DNA from: Clostridia bacterium
Lineage (GTDB): Bacteria > Bacillota > Clostridia > Oscillospirales > CAG-272
Length of the DNA stretch: 64,000 nt
Assembly (NCBI GenBank): GCA_028720145.1
Contig: JAQYLJ010000005.1
Coordinates: 8,112 to 72,111, forward strand
Direction: 5' to 3'
In this document: positions 26,898 to 35,352 of the stretch, one piece after another
How positions within the stretch are numbered: the first letter of the stretch is position 1
Layout: the number at the start of each line of letters is the position of its first letter
Program-made: the position numbers and the translations under genes
The notes under the pieces: generated by a model
Databases searched by the model: none
What the model saw: the letters and a program-made list of their open reading frames with translations, nothing else
Told to the model about the DNA's origin: nothing

Positions 26898-27070
26898 GAA
26901 AAACAGAAGAAGACGCGGCACTCGCGGCAGATGAAGATCCTAAAAGGGTGCGGTCGAATGGGAAACGGACGGGCGCACGGGGTGCGCCGAACAATCGCGG
27001 GCAAGAGCGCGTGTCGGCACGGAGACGGGGCGCGACGGGTGGATAGATAATCAAAATCGGGAGGCATCAC

Positions 27071-27439
27071 ATGACCTACGAGGAAATCTTAGACTTTGCG
27101 CGGGGACTGCCTAACGCTGTGGCGGACAAGCCGTTCGAGGGCGACTTCGAGACGACCGTCCTGCGTCACTCGGACACGGGCAAGTGGTTCGGGATTCTGA
27201 TGCGGGTCTCGCCACGGCGTTTGGGTCTTATGGACGAGGAGCCGACATGGATCCTCAACCTGAAATGTGACCCGGAAGAGGGGTTCAATCTGCGGGACGC
27301 TTTCGCGGGTATCCTGCCCGCCTACCACATGAACAAACTGCATTGGCTAACTATCCTGCCGGCGTCGGATGTGCCCGAAGAGCTCATCTGTGACCTCATA
27401 AGGTCGAGTTACGCGCTGACGGACAAGCGTCGAAAATAA
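27071..27439 (+). CDS. MmcQ/YjbR-family protein
   Basis: 122 aa. ..DKPFEGDFETTVLRHSDTGKWFGILM...NLKCDPEE...PAYHMNKLHWLTI.. is the typical YjbR fold signature. GGGAGG RBS. Confidence 0.75.
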   Translation: MTYEEILDFARGLPNAVADKPFEGDFETTVLRHSDTGKWFGILMRVSPRRLGLMDEEPTWILNLKCDPEEGFNLRDAFAGILPAYHMNKLHWLTILPASDVPEELICDLIRSSYALTDKRRK

Positions 27440-27455
27440 CCGAAAACAGTTGGAA

Positions 27456-27485
27456 CCGCTCCCGAGGGAGCGGCTTTTGCTTGTT
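27456..27485 (+). terminator. intrinsic terminator after the yjbR-like gene
   Basis: CCGCUCCC-GA-GGGAGCGG followed by CUUUUGCUUGUU. Confidence 0.7.
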
Positions 27486-27505
27486 CGATTTTCTGCGGTA
27501 TCAAA

Positions 27506-27522
27506 TGCGCGCGGCGCGCGCA
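27506..27522. repeat. perfect 8-1-8 alternating-CG palindrome
   Basis: TGCGCGCG G CGCGCGCA, located between the terminator and the next gene's RBS. Confidence 0.6.
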
Positions 27523-27560
27523 CACTAGGTGTATCCGACAAAACAAAGGAGACGAGCACC

Positions 27561-27992
27561 ATGCAAGAAGATACCATCAAACTTCTCCGCGAATGTGACG
27601 CGGGCATCAAGATGGGGGTCGACGCCCTCGAAAGCGTCTATGACAAGGTGACGCACGAAGACCTCAAAAGCCATCTCGACGACCAAATCAAGGCGCACAA
27701 CGAGATGAAAAAAGAAATCCGAGACCAGCTCGAACATTACGGGGAAGAAGGCAAAGAGCCGAACCCCATGACGAAGGGAATGTCCCATGTCAAGACGCAG
27801 GTCAAACTGGGCTTCGACTGTTCGGACGAGACCATCGCCGCCCTGCTCACCGACGGCTGTAACATGGGGGTGAAATCACTCTCGCGATACCTCAACAAAT
27901 ACAGCGAGGCGGACGCAGGCGCGAAGAATGTCGCGAAGAAACTCATCTCGCTCGAAGAGACCATGGCAAAAGAGTTGCGACCCTACCTCTGA
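27561..27992 (+). CDS. hypothetical all-helical protein (family not recognised)
   Basis: 143 aa from ATG 27561 (MQEDTIKLLRECDAGIKMG.., AAGGAG RBS 9 nt upstream). Heptad-like charged helices and no TM segment. Confidence 0.6.
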   Translation: MQEDTIKLLRECDAGIKMGVDALESVYDKVTHEDLKSHLDDQIKAHNEMKKEIRDQLEHYGEEGKEPNPMTKGMSHVKTQVKLGFDCSDETIAALLTDGCNMGVKSLSRYLNKYSEADAGAKNVAKKLISLEETMAKELRPYL

Positions 27993-27998
27993 AACACA

Positions 27999-28027
27999 GA
28001 GAGGAGCCGATTATATCGGCTCCTCTT
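27999..28027. terminator. hairpin, member 1 of the GAGAGGAGCCG family (bidirectional terminator)
   Basis: GAGAGGAGCCGAU-UAU-AUCGGCUCCUCUU, 7 nt after the stop at 27992. Confidence 0.6.
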
Positions 28028-28067
28028 CATATTGTTTGTGCCTCCCGTGAGAACAGAGACCGCGCTC

Positions 28068-28098
28068 GGAGAGGAGCCGATAAAATCGGCTCCTCTTT
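28068..28098. terminator. hairpin, member 2 of the GAGAGGAGCCG family
   Basis: GAGAGGAGCCGAU-AAA-AUCGGCUCCUCUUU followed by CAUCUUUUGG. Tandem to member 1, about 70 nt away. Confidence 0.6.
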
Positions 28099-28237
28099 CA
28101 TCTTTTGGGGTTGTGGCTGTCCGAGAATGTGACCGCCTTTGAGGGGGTTCTCCCGCCGGGTGTGTGCTCCCGTGAGTGCGCGGGGATTCCCCAAGGCGTG
28201 GCTCTCCCATGGGCGCTCACGGCGTCTTATCGGTAAA

Positions 28238-29608
28238 TTATTTGTCGATTTGCGGGGCGGTCGCAAGTCCTCCCGCGATGTCCTCATCGGTCGGGATATA
28301 GTCGGTCATGGTACCGTCATGGAACTGCGCGTATGCTTTCATATCGAAGTAGCCGGTGCCGGTGAGACCGAAGAGAATGGTTGTCTCTTTCCCCTCCTCT
28401 TTGGCTTTCATCGCCTCGTCGATCGCCACCTTGATGGCGTGACTGCTCTCGGGCGCGGGGAGGATCCCCTCCGAGCGGGCGAAGAGTTCCGCCGCCTCAA
28501 AGACCTTGGTCTGTTCGACCGAGCGCGCCTCCATCAGCCCGTCATCATAGAGCTGCGACAGAACCGAGCTCATGCCGTGATAGCGCAGTCCGCCCGCGTG
28601 GTTGGGGGACGGGATAAAGCCGTTCCCGAGGGTATACATTTTCGCGAGCGGGCAGACCTTCCCGGTATCGCAGAAGTCATAGATATACTTGCCGCGGGTC
28701 AGACTCGGGCAGGATGCGGGCTCGACCGCAATGAACCGATAATCCGCCTCGCCGCGGAGCTTCTCCCGCATGAAGGGGGCGATGAGACCCCCGAGGTTGG
28801 AGCCGCCGCCGGCACAGCCGATGATGATATCCGGCTTCACGCCGTACTTGTCGAGCGCGATCTTACTTTCCAGCCCGATGACGCTCTGATGCAAAAGCAC
28901 CTGATTCAGCACGCTCCCGAGCACATAGCGATACCCCTCGCGCGTGGTCGCGGCTTCGACCGCCTCGGAAATCGCGCACCCGAGCGACCCGGTCGTCTCG
29001 GGAAATTCTTCGAGAATCTTCCGCCCGACCGCAGTGGTATTCGACGGCGAGGGCGTGACATTCGCGCCGTAGGTACGCATGACCTCGCGGCGGTGGGGCT
29101 TCTGCTCGTAACTGACCTTGACCATATAGACCTTGCAATCGAGACCCAAATAGGCGCACGCCATCGACAGGGCGGTGCCCCATTGTCCGGCACCCGTCTC
29201 GGTAGTGACCCCCTTGAGCCCCTGCTGCTTCGCATAGTACGCCTGTGCGATCGCGGAGTTCAGTTTATGGCTGCCCGAGGTGTTGTTCCCCTCGAACTTA
29301 TAGTAAATCTTCGCGGGGGTCCCGAGTTCCTTTTCGAGGCAATATGCCCGCACCAAGGGGGACGGACGGTACATCCGATAGAAGTTCCGAATCTCCTCGG
29401 GGATTTCAAAATAGGGGGTGTCGTTATCCAGTTCCTGTTTCACGAGTTCCCGACAGAATACGGGTTCGAGGTCAGCCGCAGTCACGGGCTGCAAGGTCGC
29501 GGGATTGAGCAGCGGTGCGGGGTTGTTCTTCATATCCGCGCGGAGATTGTACCATGCGCGGGGCATCTCCTCTTCGGTCAAATAGATTTTGTACGGGATG
29601 TTCTCCAT
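28238..29608 (-). CDS. TrpB-like PLP-dependent enzyme (long TrpB2-type tryptophan synthase beta)
   Basis: 456 aa from ATG 29608 (MENIPYKIYLTEEEMP..). Contains ..GNNTSGSHKLNSAI.. (PLP lysine) and ..GCAGGGSNLGG... There is no trpA or other trp gene nearby. It is preceded by a Trp T-box. Confidence 0.85.
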   Translation of the reverse strand: MENIPYKIYLTEEEMPRAWYNLRADMKNNPAPLLNPATLQPVTAADLEPVFCRELVKQELDNDTPYFEIPEEIRNFYRMYRPSPLVRAYCLEKELGTPAKIYYKFEGNNTSGSHKLNSAIAQAYYAKQQGLKGVTTETGAGQWGTALSMACAYLGLDCKVYMVKVSYEQKPHRREVMRTYGANVTPSPSNTTAVGRKILEEFPETTGSLGCAISEAVEAATTREGYRYVLGSVLNQVLLHQSVIGLESKIALDKYGVKPDIIIGCAGGGSNLGGLIAPFMREKLRGEADYRFIAVEPASCPSLTRGKYIYDFCDTGKVCPLAKMYTLGNGFIPSPNHAGGLRYHGMSSVLSQLYDDGLMEARSVEQTKVFEAAELFARSEGILPAPESSHAIKVAIDEAMKAKEEGKETTILFGLTGTGYFDMKAYAQFHDGTMTDYIPTDEDIAGGLATAPQIDK

Positions 29609-29675
29609 GGTATGCCTGCCTTTCCGATGCCCTATCGGCATCCGTTTTCTGTTTTTTCTTCTCTTTCGGTCGGGG

Positions 29676-29940
29676 AAAAACAAAAACCCCGACAGAAAAC
29701 ACTCTGTCGGGGCAGGTAATCCTGCGGTGCCACCCAACTTGCCGCTCTCGCGACCACTCATGCGTACTCTACGATACGCGCGCCCTATCACGGAGGCAAT
29801 CCGTCGAGACCTACCCGCTCACGCGCTCGGCCCCGCCCTCAAAAGTCCATTCACGATACGCTTTCCGCCGCAATCCCACCGCCTGCGGCTCTCTTGACGA
29901 AAGGGGAATATCGCTACTCTTCTTTCTCATCGGTTTCTTT
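29676..29940 (-). promoter_or_regulatory. T-box leader (riboswitch), probable Trp (UGG) specifier
   Basis: Minus strand: GAUGAGAAAGAAGAGUAG (GA/K-turn region); AGAGA box; distal GGUGGGA; specifier-loop GAA-UGG-A; T-box sequence AAGUUGGGUGGCACCGCAGG (29721-29740); terminator CCCCGACAG-loop-CUGUCGGGG plus UUUUUGUUUUU (29676-29712). Confidence 0.8.
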
Positions 29941-29950
29941 GGATGCACCT

Positions 29951-29979
29951 ATTATAGACGGGCACTCGGGATTTGTCAA
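29951..29979 (-). promoter_or_regulatory. consensus sigma-A promoter for the T-box/trpB-like unit
   Basis: Minus strand TTGACA (29974-29979), 17 nt, TATAAT (29951-29956). Confidence 0.65.
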
Positions 29980-30056
29980 GAGCGTTCGTCAATTTTTCTT
30001 TTCGGGTTTTGCTGTGGATTCCACAAGAAAAGTCCGACCGCTAAGGCGCTCGCACC

Positions 30057-30995
30057 TTACAGGGTCACGGCAGTCCCGCTCTTCCCCTCGACCGCCTCAT
30101 ACGCGTGTTCGAGCGAGCCGATGACGGCGCGATGTCCTTTTCCGCTCCGCGCGAACGCGACTGCCGCCTCGACCTTGGGGAGCATGGAACCGGGGGCAAA
30201 TTCCCCCGCGGCGATATGCGCCTTCGCCTCGGCGACCGTCATGTGTGCGAGTTCCCTCTCATCCGCGCGCCCGTAGTGAATACAGACATGCTCGACCGCG
30301 GTGAGAATCAATAGGCAATCCGCCCCGACCACCTCGGCGAGCCGCGCCGACGCGAAATCCTTATCAATGACCGCCTCGACGCCGTGAAGCGTCCCGTCCT
30401 CGGCACGCGATACGGGAATCCCACCGCCGCCCGCGGCAATGACGACAAACTCCTTTTCGAGCAGGGCGCGAATGCTCTGATCCTCGACAATCTCGCAGGG
30501 GATGGGAGAGGCGACCACCTGCCGCCATCCTCTGCCCGCATCCTCGCGCATGACGAGTCCGGGGGTCTCCTCCATCATGCGGCGCGCAGTTTCTTCATCG
30601 TAGAACGCGCCGATGGGTTTGGTGGGATTCTCAAAGGCAGGGTCCTTGGGGTCGACCGTAATCTGCGTGACGACCGTCGCGACCTGCCACGGGAGGTGCT
30701 TCTTTTTGAGGGACTCATGCAGTCCTTTTTGCAGTTGGTATCCGATATATCCCTGACTCATCGCGGTGCAGATTTCGAGCGGCATGGGAGGGACCTTTTC
30801 GTTCTGCTCGGACGCGGTATCGAACGCAAGGCGAATCATGCCCACCTGCGGTCCGTTCCCATGGCTGACGACAATCTCATTTCCCTCTTCAATCAGACGG
30901 GTGAGCGCCTCCGCCGCGACCGCAATCTTTTCTTCCTGCTCCTGCGGGTGATTCCCGAGGGCGTTCCCGCCGAGGGCGACTACGATTCTAGCCAT
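30057..30995 (-). CDS. arcC: carbamate kinase
   Basis: 312 aa, MARIVVALGGNAL...VVSHGNGPQVG.. Last gene of the agmatine deiminase operon. Confidence 0.9.
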   Translation of the reverse strand: MARIVVALGGNALGNHPQEQEEKIAVAAEALTRLIEEGNEIVVSHGNGPQVGMIRLAFDTASEQNEKVPPMPLEICTAMSQGYIGYQLQKGLHESLKKKHLPWQVATVVTQITVDPKDPAFENPTKPIGAFYDEETARRMMEETPGLVMREDAGRGWRQVVASPIPCEIVEDQSIRALLEKEFVVIAAGGGGIPVSRAEDGTLHGVEAVIDKDFASARLAEVVGADCLLILTAVEHVCIHYGRADERELAHMTVAEAKAHIAAGEFAPGSMLPKVEAAVAFARSGKGHRAVIGSLEHAYEAVEGKSGTAVTL

Positions 30996-30996
30996 C

Positions 30997-32106
30997 TCAC
31001 TTATCTCCCCACGGGTCGGGCTGCTGCTGGGTGATGCAATGGATATTCCCGCCGCCGAAAGCGACCTCGCGGGTCATCACCCCGACCACCTTGCGCTCCG
31101 GAAACATCGCCTGTACTTCTGCCATCGCACGCGCGTCGTTCTCGTCCCCGTACTGCGGCAGAATCACACCTCCATTGACGATTAAGAAGTTCATATAGGA
31201 CGCGATGCTGACCTCTCCGTTCTGCCGCGGGATGCTCCCCTCGGCAAAGTCGATGGTCTCCGCCCCTTCGAGGTAGCAGGGCTTCTGCGTCAGACAGAGT
31301 TTGTGGATTTTGAGTTTGCGCCCCTTGGCATCGGTCGCCTTTTCCAGCGTTTTATACGCTTCGCGAGCGGGCTCGTAAAAGGGATTCTCGGGGTCGTCCG
31401 TCCAGATGCAAGCGACCTCTCCCGGGCGGACGAAACAGGCGACATCATCGATATGCCCGTTGGTCTCGTCGGGGTCGATGCCGTCTCCCAGCCAGATGAC
31501 CTTCTCGCATCCGAGGTATTCGAGCAGTTTCTCTTCGATCTCGCGCTTGGAGAGATGGGGGTTCCGCCCCTCGGAGAGCAGGCACATCTCGGTGGTCATG
31601 ACGGTTCCCTCTCCGTCGACATGGATGGAGCCGCCCTCTAAAATGAAGTCAGCCGTGCGGTAGGAATCCACGCCCTCGATCTCGCAGATCTTCTGCGCCA
31701 CCTGGTCGTCGTACGCCCACGGGAAATAGAGACCGTCCACAAGACCGCCCCAGGCATTGAAGCCCCAGTCGACCGCGCGAAGACCGCCTTTATCGTTGAT
31801 AAGGAAGGTCGGTCCGCAGTCGCGCACCCACGCGTCATCGCTCCGAATCTCGACCACCCGTACCTCGGGCGGGAGTTTCGCCCGTGCGTTCTGATACTGT
31901 GCGGGCGAGACCCCCACGGTCACTGGCTCGAACGGCAGAATGGCTTTCGCGACATTGGCAAACGCCTCTTGCGCGGGCTTAGCGCCGTTCCGCCAGTTAT
32001 CGGGGCGCTCGGGCCAGAGCATCCAGACCCCCGACTGTTTTTCAAATTCTGCGGGCATCCGATACCCGTCCTGTTTCGGCGTGGTGCCGATAATTCTCTT
32101 TGCCAT
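30997..32106 (-). CDS. aguA: agmatine deiminase
   Basis: 369 aa. [24 protein letters not shown]...; C-terminal [13 protein letters not shown] with the catalytic Cys. Confidence 0.9.
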   Translation of the reverse strand: MAKRIIGTTPKQDGYRMPAEFEKQSGVWMLWPERPDNWRNGAKPAQEAFANVAKAILPFEPVTVGVSPAQYQNARAKLPPEVRVVEIRSDDAWVRDCGPTFLINDKGGLRAVDWGFNAWGGLVDGLYFPWAYDDQVAQKICEIEGVDSYRTADFILEGGSIHVDGEGTVMTTEMCLLSEGRNPHLSKREIEEKLLEYLGCEKVIWLGDGIDPDETNGHIDDVACFVRPGEVACIWTDDPENPFYEPAREAYKTLEKATDAKGRKLKIHKLCLTQKPCYLEGAETIDFAEGSIPRQNGEVSIASYMNFLIVNGGVILPQYGDENDARAMAEVQAMFPERKVVGVMTREVAFGGGNIHCITQQQPDPWGDK

Positions 32107-32117
32107 ACGCTATCCTT

Positions 32118-33512
32118 TCAGTTTGCCTTTTCGGCAGATTGTTTTCCCGCACGCACCCAAATGAGGATTTCCCCGATCACGACCGCGATAATCGAGCCGA
32201 TGGTGATGGGCAAATACGCCATCAGAGTGTCTCTGTCGGACGAGAGCGGGATGGCGGTGAACACGAGGGAGCAAATCATGAGCACCATCGGCACATAGGC
32301 GAGCCAAGGGAGAAAGTTTTTCCCCCCGGGGACGCGGAAGGGTCGGTCTCGGTCGGGGTCGGTCTTACGCAGTTTCAAAAACGCCGGGAACACGGGGACA
32401 TAACTGAGGAGCAGCATGACGAGGTTGAGCGCGAAGAAACTCCAAAAGAGCGAGGAATCGGGCGCGACATACTCCATGATCAGCCCGAGGATGCAGACGA
32501 CCGACGCGACGACACCCGAGGTGAGCGCCGCACCGATGGGCATATGGTTCTTCTCCCACCGATAAGAGAACACGCGCGGCATATCGCCGCGGTCGGCGGC
32601 ATAGGCTGCCGTCGAGTTCACCCCCATCGACCAGGAAATCATGTTCCCGAACAGGGTGAGCAGGAAGAAGAATGCGATAAACCCGATGAGCGCGCCGCCC
32701 GTGCGCCCCGTCATGAGCGAGACGGCATCTATCAGCCCCGCATCCGGACTGATTTCATGCGAGGGGACTGCGGCTCCGATACCGAATGCCGAGAAGAGAT
32801 AGATCGCGGCGATGACAATGCCGCCCGTGATGATGGCGAGCGGAATCTGCCGTTTGGGTTTGGTCATATTCTCGGCGTAGGTGCAGACCACCTCAAATCC
32901 GAGGAAGTTAAAGACGATGACCGAAATATATGAGAGACTGTGCAGGTCAAACGACGGGAGATACGAGCGGAACGAGCCTGCGTTGGCGTACCCGTGGCGC
33001 GTGACATAGTAGACCCCGATACCGCCGACCACAAGCGCCAAAATCACTTTGATGGCGGCAGAGACATTCAGAATCCAAATGTTGTCGCAGACCGGGAAGA
33101 ACGCGATGACCGTCACCACCCATATAAAAATCATCTCTATGAGGAGCGACATCCACGGACCGATGGTAACGCCGAAAATCACCGACAGAAGTTGCGGACA
33201 GATGACGGCGAGAGATGCCATCCAAAGCGGGAAGTTGATCCAATAATACCACGCGACGCGGGCACCCCACTTGGTCGTGGGATAGGCGGTGCTCACCCAG
33301 TCGTAGAGCCCCCCGTCCCCTACATAGGTGGTCCCGAGCTCCGAGGCAATCAGCCCGTAGGGGAGCAGGAACAGAACCATCATGAAAATCCACCAGAAAT
33401 ACTGGCTGTTCCCAATAGAGGCGACCGGTGCCGCCGCCTCGACGACAAAGACGACACAGATGACCGACAGGACCGCCGATAAGAGATGAAATTTCTTTTG
33501 ATTGTTTTCCAT
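32118..33512 (-). CDS. aguD: APC-family amino-acid permease, probable agmatine:putrescine antiporter
   Basis: 464 aa with about 12-13 TM segments. Positioned between ptcA and aguA, as in characterised agu operons. Confidence 0.75.
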   Translation of the reverse strand: MENNQKKFHLLSAVLSVICVVFVVEAAAPVASIGNSQYFWWIFMMVLFLLPYGLIASELGTTYVGDGGLYDWVSTAYPTTKWGARVAWYYWINFPLWMASLAVICPQLLSVIFGVTIGPWMSLLIEMIFIWVVTVIAFFPVCDNIWILNVSAAIKVILALVVGGIGVYYVTRHGYANAGSFRSYLPSFDLHSLSYISVIVFNFLGFEVVCTYAENMTKPKRQIPLAIITGGIVIAAIYLFSAFGIGAAVPSHEISPDAGLIDAVSLMTGRTGGALIGFIAFFFLLTLFGNMISWSMGVNSTAAYAADRGDMPRVFSYRWEKNHMPIGAALTSGVVASVVCILGLIMEYVAPDSSLFWSFFALNLVMLLLSYVPVFPAFLKLRKTDPDRDRPFRVPGGKNFLPWLAYVPMVLMICSLVFTAIPLSSDRDTLMAYLPITIGSIIAVVIGEILIWVRAGKQSAEKAN

Positions 33513-33525
33513 AGGTTACCTTTCC

Positions 33526-33554
33526 GAGAGGAGCCGTGAAAAGCGGCTCCTCTC
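33526..33554 (-). repeat. intercistronic hairpin, member 3 of the GAGAGGAGCCG family
   Basis: GAGAGGAGCCG - 7-nt loop - CGGCUCCUCUC in the 47-nt ptcA-aguD spacer. No U tract on the transcribed strand. Confidence 0.6.
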
Positions 33555-33559
33555 TGTGA

Positions 33560-34591
33560 TTATTCGGCGTGTGCGCACCGCTTCTTGTCGATTCTCTCGG
33601 CAAGGAAACGGTCAAGTTCTTCCTTCGCGGCGGCGAGCACCGTCCCGCTCGGTTTCTCTCTGTCATGGGTCAAGTAGACGAGCAGTCCGCGCATGGCGGT
33701 CAGGCGGTTCCCCGCCTCTTCCCAGCAGAGCGAGGAGTCGGAGTCCGCGACCTCGTCGGTCACTTCTTCTCCGCGCGTCGCGGGGAGACAATGCAGGAAT
33801 TTACACCCGATGTTCCCGAGGGACATGAGGTCACGGTTGACCTGATAGTCCGCGAACACGCGCACGCGCTCTTCTTTAGGCATCTCGCTCTCATAGAGGC
33901 CGTACCAGACATCGGTATAGATGAAGTCCGCGCCGCGGACGCTCTCGCGTCGGTCGGTAATCTCGAAAGAACCGCCCGACACCGCACAGTTCGCCGCGAG
34001 AATCTTCCGATGCTCTTCACCGAGCTGATGCTCTTTGGGTCCGTAATGGACGAAGTGCATCCCCATCTTGGTGGTGATGAACCCGAGAGACGCGCAGACC
34101 TGCGTACCGTCTCCCACGAAGACCACCTTGCAGTCCTCGAGTTTCTTCCCGCGCGGCAGGTTCTCGATGATGGTGCAGAGGTCCCCGATTTCCTGCGTGG
34201 GATGGTTATAGTCCGACATACCGTTCAAAACCGGCACCGAGCACGCCTCGGCGAGTTCGACCACCGTCTTGTGCTCAATCACACGCGCCATGACGATATC
34301 GACAAGATACGACAGCACTTTCCCGGTATCTCCGATGGTCTCGTGCCCGCCGAGCTGAATCATTCCGGGTCCGAGATACTGGGCGTGTCCGCCCATCTGA
34401 CTCATTGCCGTCTCGAAAGAGACGCGGGTACGGGTCGATGACTGCTGAAAGATCATGGCGAGGGTCATGTCTTTCATAAACTGCGGATAATACCCCGCCT
34501 TGATCGCGCGCTTGATGGCGAGCGACAGGTCGGCGATATCGCGGAGTTCTTCCTTGGTAAAATCTTTGGTATCAATAAAATCGCGTTTCAT
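33560..34591 (-). CDS. ptcA: putrescine carbamoyltransferase
   Basis: 343 aa. Near-collinear with the Enterococcus faecalis PTCase as I recall it ([64 protein letters not shown]). Confidence 0.85.
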   Translation of the reverse strand: MKRDFIDTKDFTKEELRDIADLSLAIKRAIKAGYYPQFMKDMTLAMIFQQSSTRTRVSFETAMSQMGGHAQYLGPGMIQLGGHETIGDTGKVLSYLVDIVMARVIEHKTVVELAEACSVPVLNGMSDYNHPTQEIGDLCTIIENLPRGKKLEDCKVVFVGDGTQVCASLGFITTKMGMHFVHYGPKEHQLGEEHRKILAANCAVSGGSFEITDRRESVRGADFIYTDVWYGLYESEMPKEERVRVFADYQVNRDLMSLGNIGCKFLHCLPATRGEEVTDEVADSDSSLCWEEAGNRLTAMRGLLVYLTHDREKPSGTVLAAAKEELDRFLAERIDKKRCAHAE

Positions 34592-34774
34592 TCGTTTCCC
34601 CTTTTTGCTGTTTCATTCCTTTTTTATCATGCGGAGAAAGAGAAATCCTTATACATGAGAACAGCCGTCCCGCGTTTTTCTTTTTCGCGGCTTTACTTTC
34701 AAACGAGATTGTTGTATGATAGAAAAAACACGGATTCTTCGGTTTCCGAACGGAATAGAAAAGGATTCTCCTCC

Positions 34775-35278
34775 ATGAAAAACATAATTTTAATCGGTAT
34801 GCCCTCCGCCGGGAAAAGCACGGTCGGGGTCCTGCTCGCCAAAAAGTTGGTGATGGAATTTCTCGACACAGATCTCGTCTTACAGAGTGAGAGCGGGAAA
34901 AGTCTCTCCGAGATGATTGAAGAGACGGGAGAAGACGCTTTTCTTCTGTGCGAGGAAAACGCACTCAAAAATGTCTCCTGTACGAACACCGTGGTCGCCA
35001 CGGGCGGGAGCGCAGTCTATTCGGATGCGGGCATGGCGCACCTCAAAGAAAACGGCATCATTCTCTATATCAAGCTGGACGAGGGCGAGGTCGCCGACCG
35101 CGTCGGGAATCTCCACAGCCGCGGGGTCGTCCTCCACGGGCAGAAGACCCTCGATGGGCTCTATCGGGAGCGCACCGCGCTCTATGAGAAATACGCCGAC
35201 TGCACGGCGGATGTCACTGGCTGTACGGTCGGGGAAGCGCTCGAGCGCCTGCTCGCCGCCGTGAGACCGTTTCTCTGA
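34775..35278 (+). CDS. aroK: shikimate kinase
   Basis: 167 aa from ATG 34775, MKNIILIGMPSAGKSTVG (P-loop) ...DTD...GGS.. Confidence 0.85.
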   Translation: MKNIILIGMPSAGKSTVGVLLAKKLVMEFLDTDLVLQSESGKSLSEMIEETGEDAFLLCEENALKNVSCTNTVVATGGSAVYSDAGMAHLKENGIILYIKLDEGEVADRVGNLHSRGVVLHGQKTLDGLYRERTALYEKYADCTADVTGCTVGEALERLLAAVRPFL

Positions 35279-35298
35279 CAAAAACGAATCAAAACAAC

Positions 35299-35328
35299 AA
35301 GGCGGAGCCGCGTTTGCGGCTCCGCCTT
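35299..35328. terminator. bidirectional terminator between aroK and icd
   Basis: AAGGCGGAGCCGC-GUUU-GCGGCUCCGCCUU, a 13-bp stem related to the GGAGCCG hairpin family. Confidence 0.65.
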
Positions 35329-35352
35329 CTGCTTGTCGTATGGGGTATGGAT

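Noticed and set aside
26554-27070. ORFs 26554-26781, 26797-27054 and 26822-27070 (75-85 aa, minus strand)
   Set aside because: The first overlaps the tRNA-Ser gene and its terminator. The others lie in a promoter/leader region, lack an RBS and have Arg/Pro-rich low-complexity translations.
28139-29719. 526-aa plus-strand ORF
   Set aside because: Antisense shadow of the TrpB-like gene. It also runs through the T-box terminator.
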